In this document: piece by piece, positions 11,293-19,350 of the stretch
How the letters are laid out: every line of letters starts with the position of its first letter
Position numbering within the stretch: position 1 is the stretch's first letter
IMG/VR virus record: IMGVR_UViG_3300045988_161152
Length of the DNA: 64,000 bases
Source: a virus
Taxonomy: Duplodnaviria; Heunggongvirae; Uroviricota; Caudoviricetes
Direction: 5' to 3' (one strand)
Translations under genes and position numbers: made by a program
Notes under the pieces: model-generated
Seen by the model: only the letters and a program-made list of their open reading frames with translations
Database searches by the model: none
What the model was told of the DNA's origin: nothing

Positions 11293-11559
11293 CCCAGAAA
11301 AACAAAAACCGGCGAGAAGTTACCACGAGAACGGAAAGTAAACAAGAATACTCCCATTGACTTATATCAATTAATCAACTTTTTATAAGCTATCCCTAAC
11401 TTATTGTGTATAGCTGAAAAGTCAGAGACAAGTTCACCATCTGCATTATTTCTTAAGTTAATAGTTTATTGCTAACTTAATTTATGTATCGACTATTGAT
11501 ATCCATCTTAAAGTTACAATATCCCTCTGCATTATTTTTCATCACAAATAATATATCTA

Positions 11560-11590
11560 TTGCACGACACTAATCTGCTCTAATAAATTT
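11560..11590 (+). promoter_or_regulatory. sigma70-like promoter (-35 TTGCAC, -10 ATAAAT) overlapped by C1 operator-like site (tcTGCTCTAATAAATTT); P51/Op51-like
   Basis: Hexamers with 17-bp spacing; operator matches ATTGCTCTAATAAATTT at 15/17. Confidence 0.55.
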
Positions 11591-11776
11591 GTATTTTTAA
11601 GTCGCGAATGCTATCTTTTCACATCATATTGACCTTTTAATCGTTCAGGCTTATAGTGCCGCCGTCGTAGCAAATTCTGCGACCGGGTTTAGCAGCCTGA
11701 ATACTTACGCGGACAACCGCAGATTTCCGATATTGCGGTATTTTTGTGTCCGTAAACCACGTTACGCCCGAATTAT

Positions 11777-11853
11777 GGTGGGGCGTGATGGGGAGGCTTC
11801 GGCCTGCTGGTTTCGTAAGTGCCAGTCTGCTAACCCCGTCACGTCCTGCCACC
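11777..11853 (+). ncRNA. c4: c4-like antisense repressor RNA (candidate, 77 nt)
   Basis: Between operated promoter and icd; GGTGG...CCACC closing helix, internal GAGGC-UUCG-GCCUG hairpin, and AACCCCGTCACGTC segment partly complementary to the ant RBS region (GACGTTCAGGGGGG at 12101-12117); boundaries inferred. Confidence 0.4.
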
Positions 11854-11902
11854 TGTTTAGCAGCGGGTCGCAGGTTGTTTATCAACTTACGAGGCCGTAA
11901 CT

Positions 11903-12124
11903 ATGGTTAATGCCAATCCTTGCGCACGCCAAGAATTCATCTGGCGTTTCTATTCCTGTAAAAAACACCACTATCACTTCGTTATCGCAGCAACAGAAGA
12001 CGAAGCACGCTCTCAATTGCCTGACGGCCCCTGCATTTTTACTGCCCGTTTTTCAACTAACTCGCGCAATCCACTTAGTTACTGGAGCCTCCCCTTCTCT
12101 GCCGACGTTCAGGGGGGTTTATGA
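11903..12124 (+). CDS. icd: Icd-like cell-division interference protein
   Basis: 73-aa ORF directly upstream of and overlapping (ATGA) the ant start, as in P1 immI. Confidence 0.65.
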   Translation: MVNANPCARQEFIWRFYSCKKHHYHFVIAATEDEARSQLPDGPCIFTARFSTNSRNPLSYWSLPFSADVQGGL

Positions 12125-13164
12125 AAAAACCTCTCGTCACCCGTAATGACATAGCCGAAGCGATCGCCCTGCATACTGCCTGTATGCCGACACGGGAGAT
12201 CCCCGGCGCAATTGCCAACTATTTCATGATAACCAGACGTTTTTATACCCGAACAGATAAGGCTGTGATCAACAAGCTACTGATAGCCGAGATCAGGGAT
12301 TATTTGATTGAACAAGGACGTCTACGTTACGCAACAGTGGCAGCAGAAATGAGAAAGGAGGCACATAGAATGACCGGTAATAATTTGAATGTTGAAAAAA
12401 CAGCACCTGTTACGTCAGCTACGCCAGCACCAGCCGTGAATATCATCCCCAACACCGGAGACACAATCGACAGCCTGACACTGTTAAAGATGGTCAATGA
12501 AGCGCGTAAGTTATGTGGGGAACCAGAGGTTCGGAACAACAAATTCATCGAAAAAATACTCGACGAATTAGAAGGTGAGGACGGTTACACAAAAAGTGCA
12601 ACCGTGCCGCCAGGTGGCGGTACGCCTATGGTTGTCATAACCATGACCTACAAACAAGCCCTGCGAGTCGCCGCACGCGAATCAAAAGCCGTCCGCCGTT
12701 CGCTGATCGACAAACTGGAAGAATTGCAGCAGGCAAACTCCCCTACCCCATCGATCCCCCAAACATTACCAGAAGCTCTACGCCTGGCTGCCGAGTTAGC
12801 AGAACAGAAAATGCAGCTGGAACAACAGCTGGTGGCCGCTGCCCCTAAAGTCGATTTTGCCGACCGGGTATCAGTGGCTAATGGAATCCTGATCGGGAAC
12901 TTTGCAAAGGTCGTTGGACTTAAGCAAAACGCCCTTTTCTCATGGTTGCGCCAGAACGGCATTCTCATGGCTTTTGGTGCGCGCAAAAACGTACCGCGCC
13001 AGCAGTATATTAACGCCGGGTATTTCACAGTGAAAGAAGTGGTGCTGGATGATGAAAATGGCTACCAGATACGGCTGACGCCCCAATTAACGGGTAAAGG
13101 CCAGCAGTGGTTAACTCGCAAGCTACTTGATGCTGGTTTGTTAAAACCAGTAGCAATAGGTTAA
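12121..13164 (+). CDS. ant: antirepressor Ant
   Basis: 347-aa ORF after icd; C-terminal ~130 aa (LPEALRLAAELAEQK...GKGQQWL) shared with the downstream kilA-like ORF. Confidence 0.65.
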   Translation: MKKPLVTRNDIAEAIALHTACMPTREIPGAIANYFMITRRFYTRTDKAVINKLLIAEIRDYLIEQGRLRYATVAAEMRKEAHRMTGNNLNVEKTAPVTSATPAPAVNIIPNTGDTIDSLTLLKMVNEARKLCGEPEVRNNKFIEKILDELEGEDGYTKSATVPPGGGTPMVVITMTYKQALRVAARESKAVRRSLIDKLEELQQANSPTPSIPQTLPEALRLAAELAEQKMQLEQQLVAAAPKVDFADRVSVANGILIGNFAKVVGLKQNALFSWLRQNGILMAFGARKNVPRQQYINAGYFTVKEVVLDDENGYQIRLTPQLTGKGQQWLTRKLLDAGLLKPVAIG

Positions 13165-13170
13165 CAAAAG

Positions 13171-13200
13171 AAAAAAACCTGCCAGCAAACTGGCAGGTTT
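13171..13200 (+). terminator. intrinsic terminator after ant
   Basis: A-run, hairpin ACCTGCCAG-CAAA-CTGGCAGGT, then TTT. Confidence 0.6.
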
Positions 13201-13242
13201 CTGAGCAGATCGTCCAACCCGATCTGGATCGAGTCAGAAAAA

Positions 13243-13259
13243 TTTGCTCTAATAAATTT
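13243..13259 (+). promoter_or_regulatory. C1 operator-like site (tTTGCTCTAATAAATTT), Op53-like, upstream of kilA-repL
   Basis: 16/17 match to ATTGCTCTAATAAATTT. Confidence 0.6.
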
Positions 13260-13328
13260 CGTTTTCTAAGTGCAAAGAATCACCATTTCGAGCTGGTGAT
13301 TGAAGGTTGATGCAAATTTGGAGAAAAA

Positions 13329-14113
13329 ATGCAACAAACATTCAATGCGGATATGAATATATCAAACCTTCATCAAAATGTCGATCCTTCAACCACTCTG
13401 CCTGTTATTTGTGGTGTTGAAATTACGACCGACCGCGCTGGCCGTTACAACCTTAATGCTCTACACAGAGCGAGCGGACTCGGTGCCCATAAAGCGCCAG
13501 CTCAATGGCTAAGAACGCTGTCAGCCAAACAGCTCATCGAAGAGCTTGAAAAAGAAACTATGCAGAATTGCATAGTTTCGTTCGAAGGTTTGCCCATGAA
13601 TTGCTCGCAGTGGAGTACGCGGGCTGGATTTCTCCCGCGTTTCGGCTGAAGGTAAACCAGACATTTATCGACTATCGAGCCGGAAGATTACAACCTGCTA
13701 TTCCGAAGAGCCTCCCAGAAGCTCTCCGTTTGGCTGCTGACCTGGCAGAGCAAAAGCAACGGCTGGAGCAAAAAATGCTGATGGATGCACCTAAAGTCGA
13801 ATTCGCCGAACGCGTTGCTACCGCCAGCGGGGTTCTAATCGGCAACTATGCCAAAGTGCTCGGCCTGGGCCAAAACTATCTCTTCACCTGGTTGCGTGAT
13901 AACGGAATTCTGATCGCAACCGGTGAACGCAGGAACGTCCCCAAACAAGAATACATATCCCGTGGGTATTTCACCCTTAAAGAAACCGTGATCGATACAA
14001 GCAATGGAAGCAGGATTTCTTTCACGACTCGTATAACCGGCAAAGGTCAGCAGTGGCTGATGAAGCGATTGCTTGATGCTGGTGTGCTGGTACCTGTCGC
14101 GGCAACGCGCTAA
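13329..14113 (+). pseudogene. kilA: kilA-like gene split by an apparent frameshift (ORFs 13329..13649 and 13568..14113)
   Basis: First ORF is KilA-N-like (106 aa); second ORF in another frame carries the Ant-type C-terminal domain; the two frames overlap 13550-13649; combined length ~262 aa. Confidence 0.45.
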
Positions 14114-14142
14114 CAGACGTAGTAAGAACCACCAGCATTGTA

Positions 14143-14988
14143 ATGCTGGCTAAAGTCACTTTCCTGAGCTGTATAACGATGAGCGATTTTACTTTTTCTG
14201 GCTATGAATTGGCCTGCTTTGTAACACACTCCGGTCTATCCCGTAGCGCCGGGCATATCCTGTCGCAATGTGCAAATCTCGCGGCAACAACCAGTGAATA
14301 CTTCATTCACAAGCCTCACCGCCTGATCGCGGCAGAAACTGGTTATAGCCAATCAACCGTCGTTCGTGCATTCCGTGAAGCTGTAAACAAAGGAATTCTG
14401 TCTGTAGAGATTGTTATCGGCGATCACCGTGAACGTCGCGCTAACCTGTACCGGTTTACACCATCCTTTTTGGCCTTCGCACAACAAGCCAAAAATGCGC
14501 TGATTGAAAGCAAATTAAAGATCTCTTCAGCGGCAACCAAGGTTAAAGCTGTTCTCGCTAAGACATTGGCTTTATTTAATTTTTTATCCACACCCCCATG
14601 TCAAAATGATACCCCCTCCCCCTGTCAGGATGACGTGGCAATAAAGAATAAGAAGTCACAAGTTAAAAAAACAAAAAGATCAGTTTCCGGCGGTGCCGGA
14701 ACGACCAGACTCAAAAAATTGACTTCATGGATCGCTGAGGCAAAAGCAAAGGCTGACAATCTGCGGTTATCCAAAAAACGCGCTCAAAAACATGAGTTCA
14801 AGCAGAAAGTAGAGGCGGCAGCGCGGAAATATGCTTACCTGAAGGACAAGCGTTCTCCTGATATTGGCGGGATATCAAACTTCGATAATCTGCCGCATTG
14901 CATGACGGTAAACGAAGCTCTTAATGCGGTTTTAGCCAAAAATAAAGATAACGAACAATGGGGTATACCTGCAGGATTCAGAGGGTGA
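14143..14988 (+). CDS. repL: lytic replication initiator RepL
   Basis: 281-aa ORF downstream of kilA; RepL-like size and position (oriL expected inside). Confidence 0.65.
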   Translation: MLAKVTFLSCITMSDFTFSGYELACFVTHSGLSRSAGHILSQCANLAATTSEYFIHKPHRLIAAETGYSQSTVVRAFREAVNKGILSVEIVIGDHRERRANLYRFTPSFLAFAQQAKNALIESKLKISSAATKVKAVLAKTLALFNFLSTPPCQNDTPSPCQDDVAIKNKKSQVKKTKRSVSGGAGTTRLKKLTSWIAEAKAKADNLRLSKKRAQKHEFKQKVEAAARKYAYLKDKRSPDIGGISNFDNLPHCMTVNEALNAVLAKNKDNEQWGIPAGFRG

Positions 14989-15038
14989 TAGATTGCTCTA
15001 ATCTGGAGTCACCTGGCGTTTTCAGTTTGAGGTCGGAG

Positions 15039-15284
15039 ATGCAATCTGATTTTTTACAGTTAGCGATCGCTTTTGCAGGATATGTTTGTATTGGCTTCTG
15101 TGTATACATGATCAGCCGAAAAATGCTTGTCGATATCGACCGCAAAGAACAAGCAGAGGAGATCTTAGTATGGATTTTCTTTGGCGCGGTCTGGCCATTA
15201 GGGATCATGTTTGCTGCAACATTTCTTCTGATGTGGATATTCACCCTTCCAGGTGATTTCTATAGAAAAAAAGCCAGACATTGA
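15039..15284 (+). CDS. small membrane protein (P1 rlfA position)
   Basis: 81-aa ORF from ATG 15039 with GAGG SD; two hydrophobic segments. Confidence 0.35.
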   Translation: MQSDFLQLAIAFAGYVCIGFCVYMISRKMLVDIDRKEQAEEILVWIFFGAVWPLGIMFAATFLLMWIFTLPGDFYRKKARH

Positions 15285-15374
15285 TACAATCGTTGCGGGT
15301 GCTTGAGGCTATCTGCTTCAGGCATTACCCGAAAAGCAGATAGAAGAAAGCCCCAGATAACATTACGCGTCCTG

Positions 15375-15445
15375 CAAGACGCTTAACATTAATCTGAGGC
15401 CATATCTATGCTTAGCATACGTAGATTAGCCTCTTACCGACCAAA
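15375..15445 (-). ncRNA. sok: sok-like antisense RNA (predicted position only)
   Basis: By analogy with R1 hok/sok, antisense to the mok translation-initiation region; promoter and ends not resolved. Confidence 0.3.
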
Positions 15446-15614
15446 AGGTCAAGGAGAAGCAGGCTATGAAGCAGCAAAAAGCGATATTAATCGCTCTGAT
15501 CGTCATCTGTTTAACCGTCATTGTGACGGCACTGGTAACGAGGAAAGACCTCTGCGAGGTACGAATCCGAACCGGCCAGACGGAGGTCACTGTCTTCACA
15601 GCCTACGAATCTGA
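15408..15614 (+). CDS. mok: mok-like overlapping reading frame of a hok/sok-type locus
   Basis: 68-aa ORF overlapping hok out of frame and ending 7 nt before the hok stop, the mok arrangement. Confidence 0.55.
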   Translation: MLSIRRLASYRPKGQGEAGYEAAKSDINRSDRHLFNRHCDGTGNEERPLRGTNPNRPDGGHCLHSLRI

Positions 15615-15621
15615 AAGGTAA
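15466..15621 (+). CDS. hok: Hok/Gef-family type I toxin (51 aa)
   Basis: ATG 15466 with AGGAG SD; MKQQKAILIALIVICLTVIVTALVTRKDLCEVRIRTGQTEVTVFTAYESER; leader has 5' GGTGCTTGAGG (15298-15308) complementary to 3' CCTCAATGCACC (15669-15680), tac/fbi-like. Confidence 0.85.
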   Translation: MKQQKAILIALIVICLTVIVTALVTRKDLCEVRIRTGQTEVTVFTAYESER

Positions 15622-15694
15622 GAGACCTGGCGGGGAGAGATCCCTGCCACTCTTCGTGTGTCAGGTATCCTCAATGCACCCTTTCCTCTCCAAA

Positions 15695-15720
15695 TAAAAA
15701 AGCTCCCGAAGGAGCTTTAA
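15695..15720. terminator. bidirectional intrinsic terminator between hok locus and convergent structural operon
   Basis: AAAAAA-AGCTCC-CGAA-GGAGCT-TTT; T-run stronger on minus strand. Confidence 0.65.
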
Positions 15721-15737
15721 AATACAAGGGATGACTC

Positions 15738-16247
15738 TTAATTCCAATCAATCCAGTTGTAGACGATACGAAGTGACGGGCGCACAGCAGCAGTCACATC
15801 TTCGGTACTAAAGTCGATTGCATCACTGTAGATTTTGCAGTCCAACATTTCAATTGTTGTAGCAGCTTTTGTCACAGCGTTAACCCCGGAAGATTTGGAT
15901 TCAGGGGTAGCAGCCATCGTGATATCAACATAGTCCTTCGCCGCAATGCGATCTTTAATGAACTGAAGAATATCGCCTTCGATAGTCTCCACGCACTGGA
16001 CCTGGATTTCCCCAGAGTTTCGAATTGGACCGTGCTGGTTGAACTTCACACCATTCGGACCATAGTCCTCCACATCCTCGCGGGTCATTTCAGGAATTTG
16101 CGACGTGCGAACCAGTACGCTGATATCTTCATGGCCTGCAAAAGTGAGCTGGAATTCAGAAGATACCAGTCGTTCGCCTTTGGCCGCGTTGGCAGTATAG
16201 CGGCCCTTAATAAATTTACGGTTTCCCTTAGTGTTATTGTGCCCCAT
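15738..16247 (-). CDS. virion structural protein (tail/baseplate; P1 bplB/pmgF region)
   Basis: 169-aa ORF at the 3' end of the minus-strand head/sheath operon. Confidence 0.4.
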   Translation of the reverse strand: MGHNNTKGNRKFIKGRYTANAAKGERLVSSEFQLTFAGHEDISVLVRTSQIPEMTREDVEDYGPNGVKFNQHGPIRNSGEIQVQCVETIEGDILQFIKDRIAAKDYVDITMAATPESKSSGVNAVTKAATTIEMLDCKIYSDAIDFSTEDVTAAVRPSLRIVYNWIDWN

Positions 16248-16258
16248 ATAAAATCCTT

Positions 16259-16840
16259 TTACTGGAACGCCCGAACAATATCGGAGCTGTTATATATCGA
16301 AGAACCGGTCAACTGGAGGTTGACGGTGTTTTTCAGGAAATGTCCATTGCTGTCCCTGGGCGCATCGAGATCGAAACTTATGTCCTGGATAGCGACATCA
16401 ATGATGTTGATCCGGCGACCAATGTTTAGCGTCACACGCTCCGGGATTCGACCACCAATACTGGCATCTTTAAGTTCCGGGCTAATCATCGCTGACAATG
16501 CGGCGATAGCTCCTGAAACCTCCGTGAATGGGTCAAACAAAGCGATGAAAGTTACTGGCAGCGTGAAAGTCGGCGGTGTTCCCCCTTCCCAAACCATTAA
16601 GCTGTTCCAACGGGCAACCGACGTTGTTTCAGTACCAACCTGCGCAAAACCACTGAAGGCACCAGCAACAGATCCCATGGACATACCGGTAAACGGCGCT
16701 TCCCAATTCTGGGCCATGTTCATTGCCGCTCCCTGGCTGATATATCCGGTAACCTGGTACTGAGAGTTCGTTAAAGTAACTTTCAGATATGGCGATACAC
16801 CGTCAGCCTGGCTGTAAACCCCATAAGGAATAGGTGCCAT
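16259..16840 (-). CDS. virion structural protein (P1 pmgG/bplB region)
   Basis: 193-aa ORF in same operon. Confidence 0.4.
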   Translation of the reverse strand: MAPIPYGVYSQADGVSPYLKVTLTNSQYQVTGYISQGAAMNMAQNWEAPFTGMSMGSVAGAFSGFAQVGTETTSVARWNSLMVWEGGTPPTFTLPVTFIALFDPFTEVSGAIAALSAMISPELKDASIGGRIPERVTLNIGRRINIIDVAIQDISFDLDAPRDSNGHFLKNTVNLQLTGSSIYNSSDIVRAFQ

Positions 16841-16875
16841 TCAAGTTAAAGGCCGGAGTTCTCCGGCCTCCTCCT

Positions 16876-17691
16876 TTAGCCAAGGCGCTTACGGCGCAGT
16901 TTCATTGACTTTTTGCGGGCAAGTTTTGCCGCGCCGGTCTGGGCTTTTCGACGCGCTTTTTTCAGCGCCGATTTTTGAGCCGCAGTCAGACGTTTTTTAC
17001 GCAGGCGTTTACGGATGAGTTTGATCTCACCGTTACGAACAACCTTCTTAAATGCTTCAGTCAGCATTTCATCAGAAGTGCCAGCAACAACAAACGCCGC
17101 TTCCAGTTCGTCGCGGTCGTCGCTATCTAAACCAGCGATAGAGGCACCAACATCAGCAGCTGCGTCGTCGTCTTCATCGTCAGCCAGTGCTTCGATCAGG
17201 TCATCATCTACACCGCATGCTGCGAGGAAGTCAGCAACATTTGCCCATGCTTCGTTATAGGCATCGTCCTGTTCTTCTGTAACTTCGGAGTCGTCGTCAT
17301 CAGAGATACCAGCGATAGCCTGAACGAAACCATCAAGGGAGTCGAAAGTCAGATCACCGCTATCAGCCCAGGCGAAAACGGCGTCGGCCGCATCACTCAA
17401 CGCATTTTGCATAGCACTTCGATTTGCAGCTTCCAGAATCATCTGGTGCGCCTGTTCGACGGTCCATTCTTTACCGTCTTTCCCTTCCAGGATTTGCTCA
17501 GGAGCCTGGGCAGATGGAACGTTATCGTTAGTCTGTGCCGCCGGTTCCGGATTATTATTAATAACCGGATCTGTTGGCGGTTCAGCGCTTGCTCGGGCAG
17601 ACTCCATCAGCTGCACAGGATCAGAGTTCAAAGCGAAACGAGACAGTCCATTCCCCAAAAATGCCCCGGATTGAAAAAAGTTTTTGCTCAT
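16876..17691 (-). CDS. highly acidic protein with strongly basic C-terminal tail (scaffold or internal-protein-like)
   Basis: 271 aa; D/E-rich body (DDDDSEVTEEQDD, ADDEDDDAAAD) ending KKRLTAAQKSALKKARRKAQTGAAKLARKKSMKLRRKRLG. Confidence 0.4.
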   Translation of the reverse strand: MSKNFFQSGAFLGNGLSRFALNSDPVQLMESARASAEPPTDPVINNNPEPAAQTNDNVPSAQAPEQILEGKDGKEWTVEQAHQMILEAANRSAMQNALSDAADAVFAWADSGDLTFDSLDGFVQAIAGISDDDDSEVTEEQDDAYNEAWANVADFLAACGVDDDLIEALADDEDDDAAADVGASIAGLDSDDRDELEAAFVVAGTSDEMLTEAFKKVVRNGEIKLIRKRLRKKRLTAAQKSALKKARRKAQTGAAKLARKKSMKLRRKRLG

Positions 17692-17700
17692 TGTATTCCC

Positions 17701-19290
17701 TTACTTAATAAGCAGCGGTACGCCCTGGATACGACGGGCTACGCCAGTCGGGCAGCAGGCCCAGACTACTTCCCATTTATCGAATTCCGCCTGCGTAACT
17801 TTCAGCACATACGGTTCTGTACCGTCAGCATCAGGATCACGAGGAGCCACCAGAGCGCCGGAGGCGACAAAGCGATCTAAAAGTTTGGTCATCCCTTTAG
17901 TCAGGCCAGCCGCAGTAATACCGTCCGGGCTATGCTTCATCTGTCGGGCTAACTGGACAAAGAAACGGCTGATTGCATTCATCAGGGATGGGACGTGCTG
18001 GAAGTGCAGATAGTTATCCTGCGTGCAGCAAGTTAAAGCATCGTCGATGATCATCTGGCCAGAGGTGCCAACAGATACTTTATTGAGACGGCCCTTGACC
18101 ATTGCTTCTTCGTCCGGGGTATCTTCCGGATACAGCGGTTGAATTGACGCACGAGCAATGACGGCACGTTCTTCACCAGCCGGTGAGTAATGCCAACCGC
18201 CGACATCAGAGTTTTTCTTGACGCCACGAGCTTTCGCCGCATACGCCACGCCAGACAGACCAAAGACCACACGGGATTGGGTCCATTTGTCTTTGCAGGA
18301 GAACGGGTAGTGATAGACAGCACAGCTTACATAATCGGTACCAAGTAAACCGGTATCTTCAACAGCAGAGATCGCTTCCGTGTACGTCAATGTCGGTTTG
18401 ACATCAAAGAAGCCATCAATCAGGCGATCTGCACAGATTTTACCTAATGCGGTGATAGCCGCATTGTCATAGCAGCCCAGGCCAAGAACAGCGGTGTACA
18501 TGTACGGCGCATTATTCAGCACTTTAACCGCACGCAGGTACGCAGCGGTTGAGATTTTCGACTGATCGCCGTTGGTACCGCCAGTGAACGCCAACGATTT
18601 TTTGTTTGTTACTTTCGCTGTCGAAATCAGCTCTTCATTAACAACCGCGCGCAGATATTTAGAACGGGCTTCCAGAGCCGTAGGCAGATAACACAAGCGG
18701 CCCATGTCATCTTTCGCTTCTTCCGCCAAAGACACAGTGTGTGTCTCCAGGGTCGTTACCACGCCGAGCGAAGTCGTCTGGGTCAGTTTTAAGAGGAAGC
18801 GTTCATTACCCGCGCTGTCCGCTGTTGCCGTTTCGATGGTTAACTCACGGGTAGGTGAAATACACGGATCACCATCATCAACGTAGATAGCAAAGGCTTC
18901 GCCACTATCAAGTTCAATTTCAGAACCGTATGGCAACGCACTGTAAGCCGGTTCGCCTGATTCATCGAACATAATAATCGGGAACTTCGCATCATCCGGA
19001 ACAGCGCGAACAACATAACCAGACGTTTGCTGAATAGCTTCGTATACATGGCGAATTGGTTCGAACTGTGAGCCGGAAGACGGCTTCAGCGGTTCGCCGA
19101 GAACATCTTCGTAATTGGACTCAGTAACCGCAAGAACAGTAAACGGCTTGCCACGCGCAAATACGCCAATACCAGCCCATAAGCTGCTATTTAATGCAAC
19201 ACTGGTAGATAACGTCGCATCGGCATTGATCGGGCTAACCGCGACGCCGGATGCATTACCTAATGACTGTTGAATTGAATATTGAGACAT
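17701..19290 (-). CDS. major tail structural protein, probably sheath (P1 gene 22 position)
   Basis: 529-aa ORF (~57 kDa) in structural operon; assignment by size and synteny. Confidence 0.45.
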   Translation of the reverse strand: MSQYSIQQSLGNASGVAVSPINADATLSTSVALNSSLWAGIGVFARGKPFTVLAVTESNYEDVLGEPLKPSSGSQFEPIRHVYEAIQQTSGYVVRAVPDDAKFPIIMFDESGEPAYSALPYGSEIELDSGEAFAIYVDDGDPCISPTRELTIETATADSAGNERFLLKLTQTTSLGVVTTLETHTVSLAEEAKDDMGRLCYLPTALEARSKYLRAVVNEELISTAKVTNKKSLAFTGGTNGDQSKISTAAYLRAVKVLNNAPYMYTAVLGLGCYDNAAITALGKICADRLIDGFFDVKPTLTYTEAISAVEDTGLLGTDYVSCAVYHYPFSCKDKWTQSRVVFGLSGVAYAAKARGVKKNSDVGGWHYSPAGEERAVIARASIQPLYPEDTPDEEAMVKGRLNKVSVGTSGQMIIDDALTCCTQDNYLHFQHVPSLMNAISRFFVQLARQMKHSPDGITAAGLTKGMTKLLDRFVASGALVAPRDPDADGTEPYVLKVTQAEFDKWEVVWACCPTGVARRIQGVPLLIK

Positions 19291-19350
19291 AACTTTCCCT
19301 GTTATGCGCCCCGCACGGGGGCGCTATGTTAAACGGAGAACTTCCCCTGA

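Noticed and set aside
11637-11885. 82-aa minus-strand ORF overlapping the c4 region
   Set aside because: Antisense to the predicted c4 RNA and the immI leader, no SD; most likely a chance ORF in a structured RNA region.
12327-13028. ORFs antisense to ant (73 and 126 aa)
   Set aside because: Embedded in the ant coding region on the opposite strand with no start signals.
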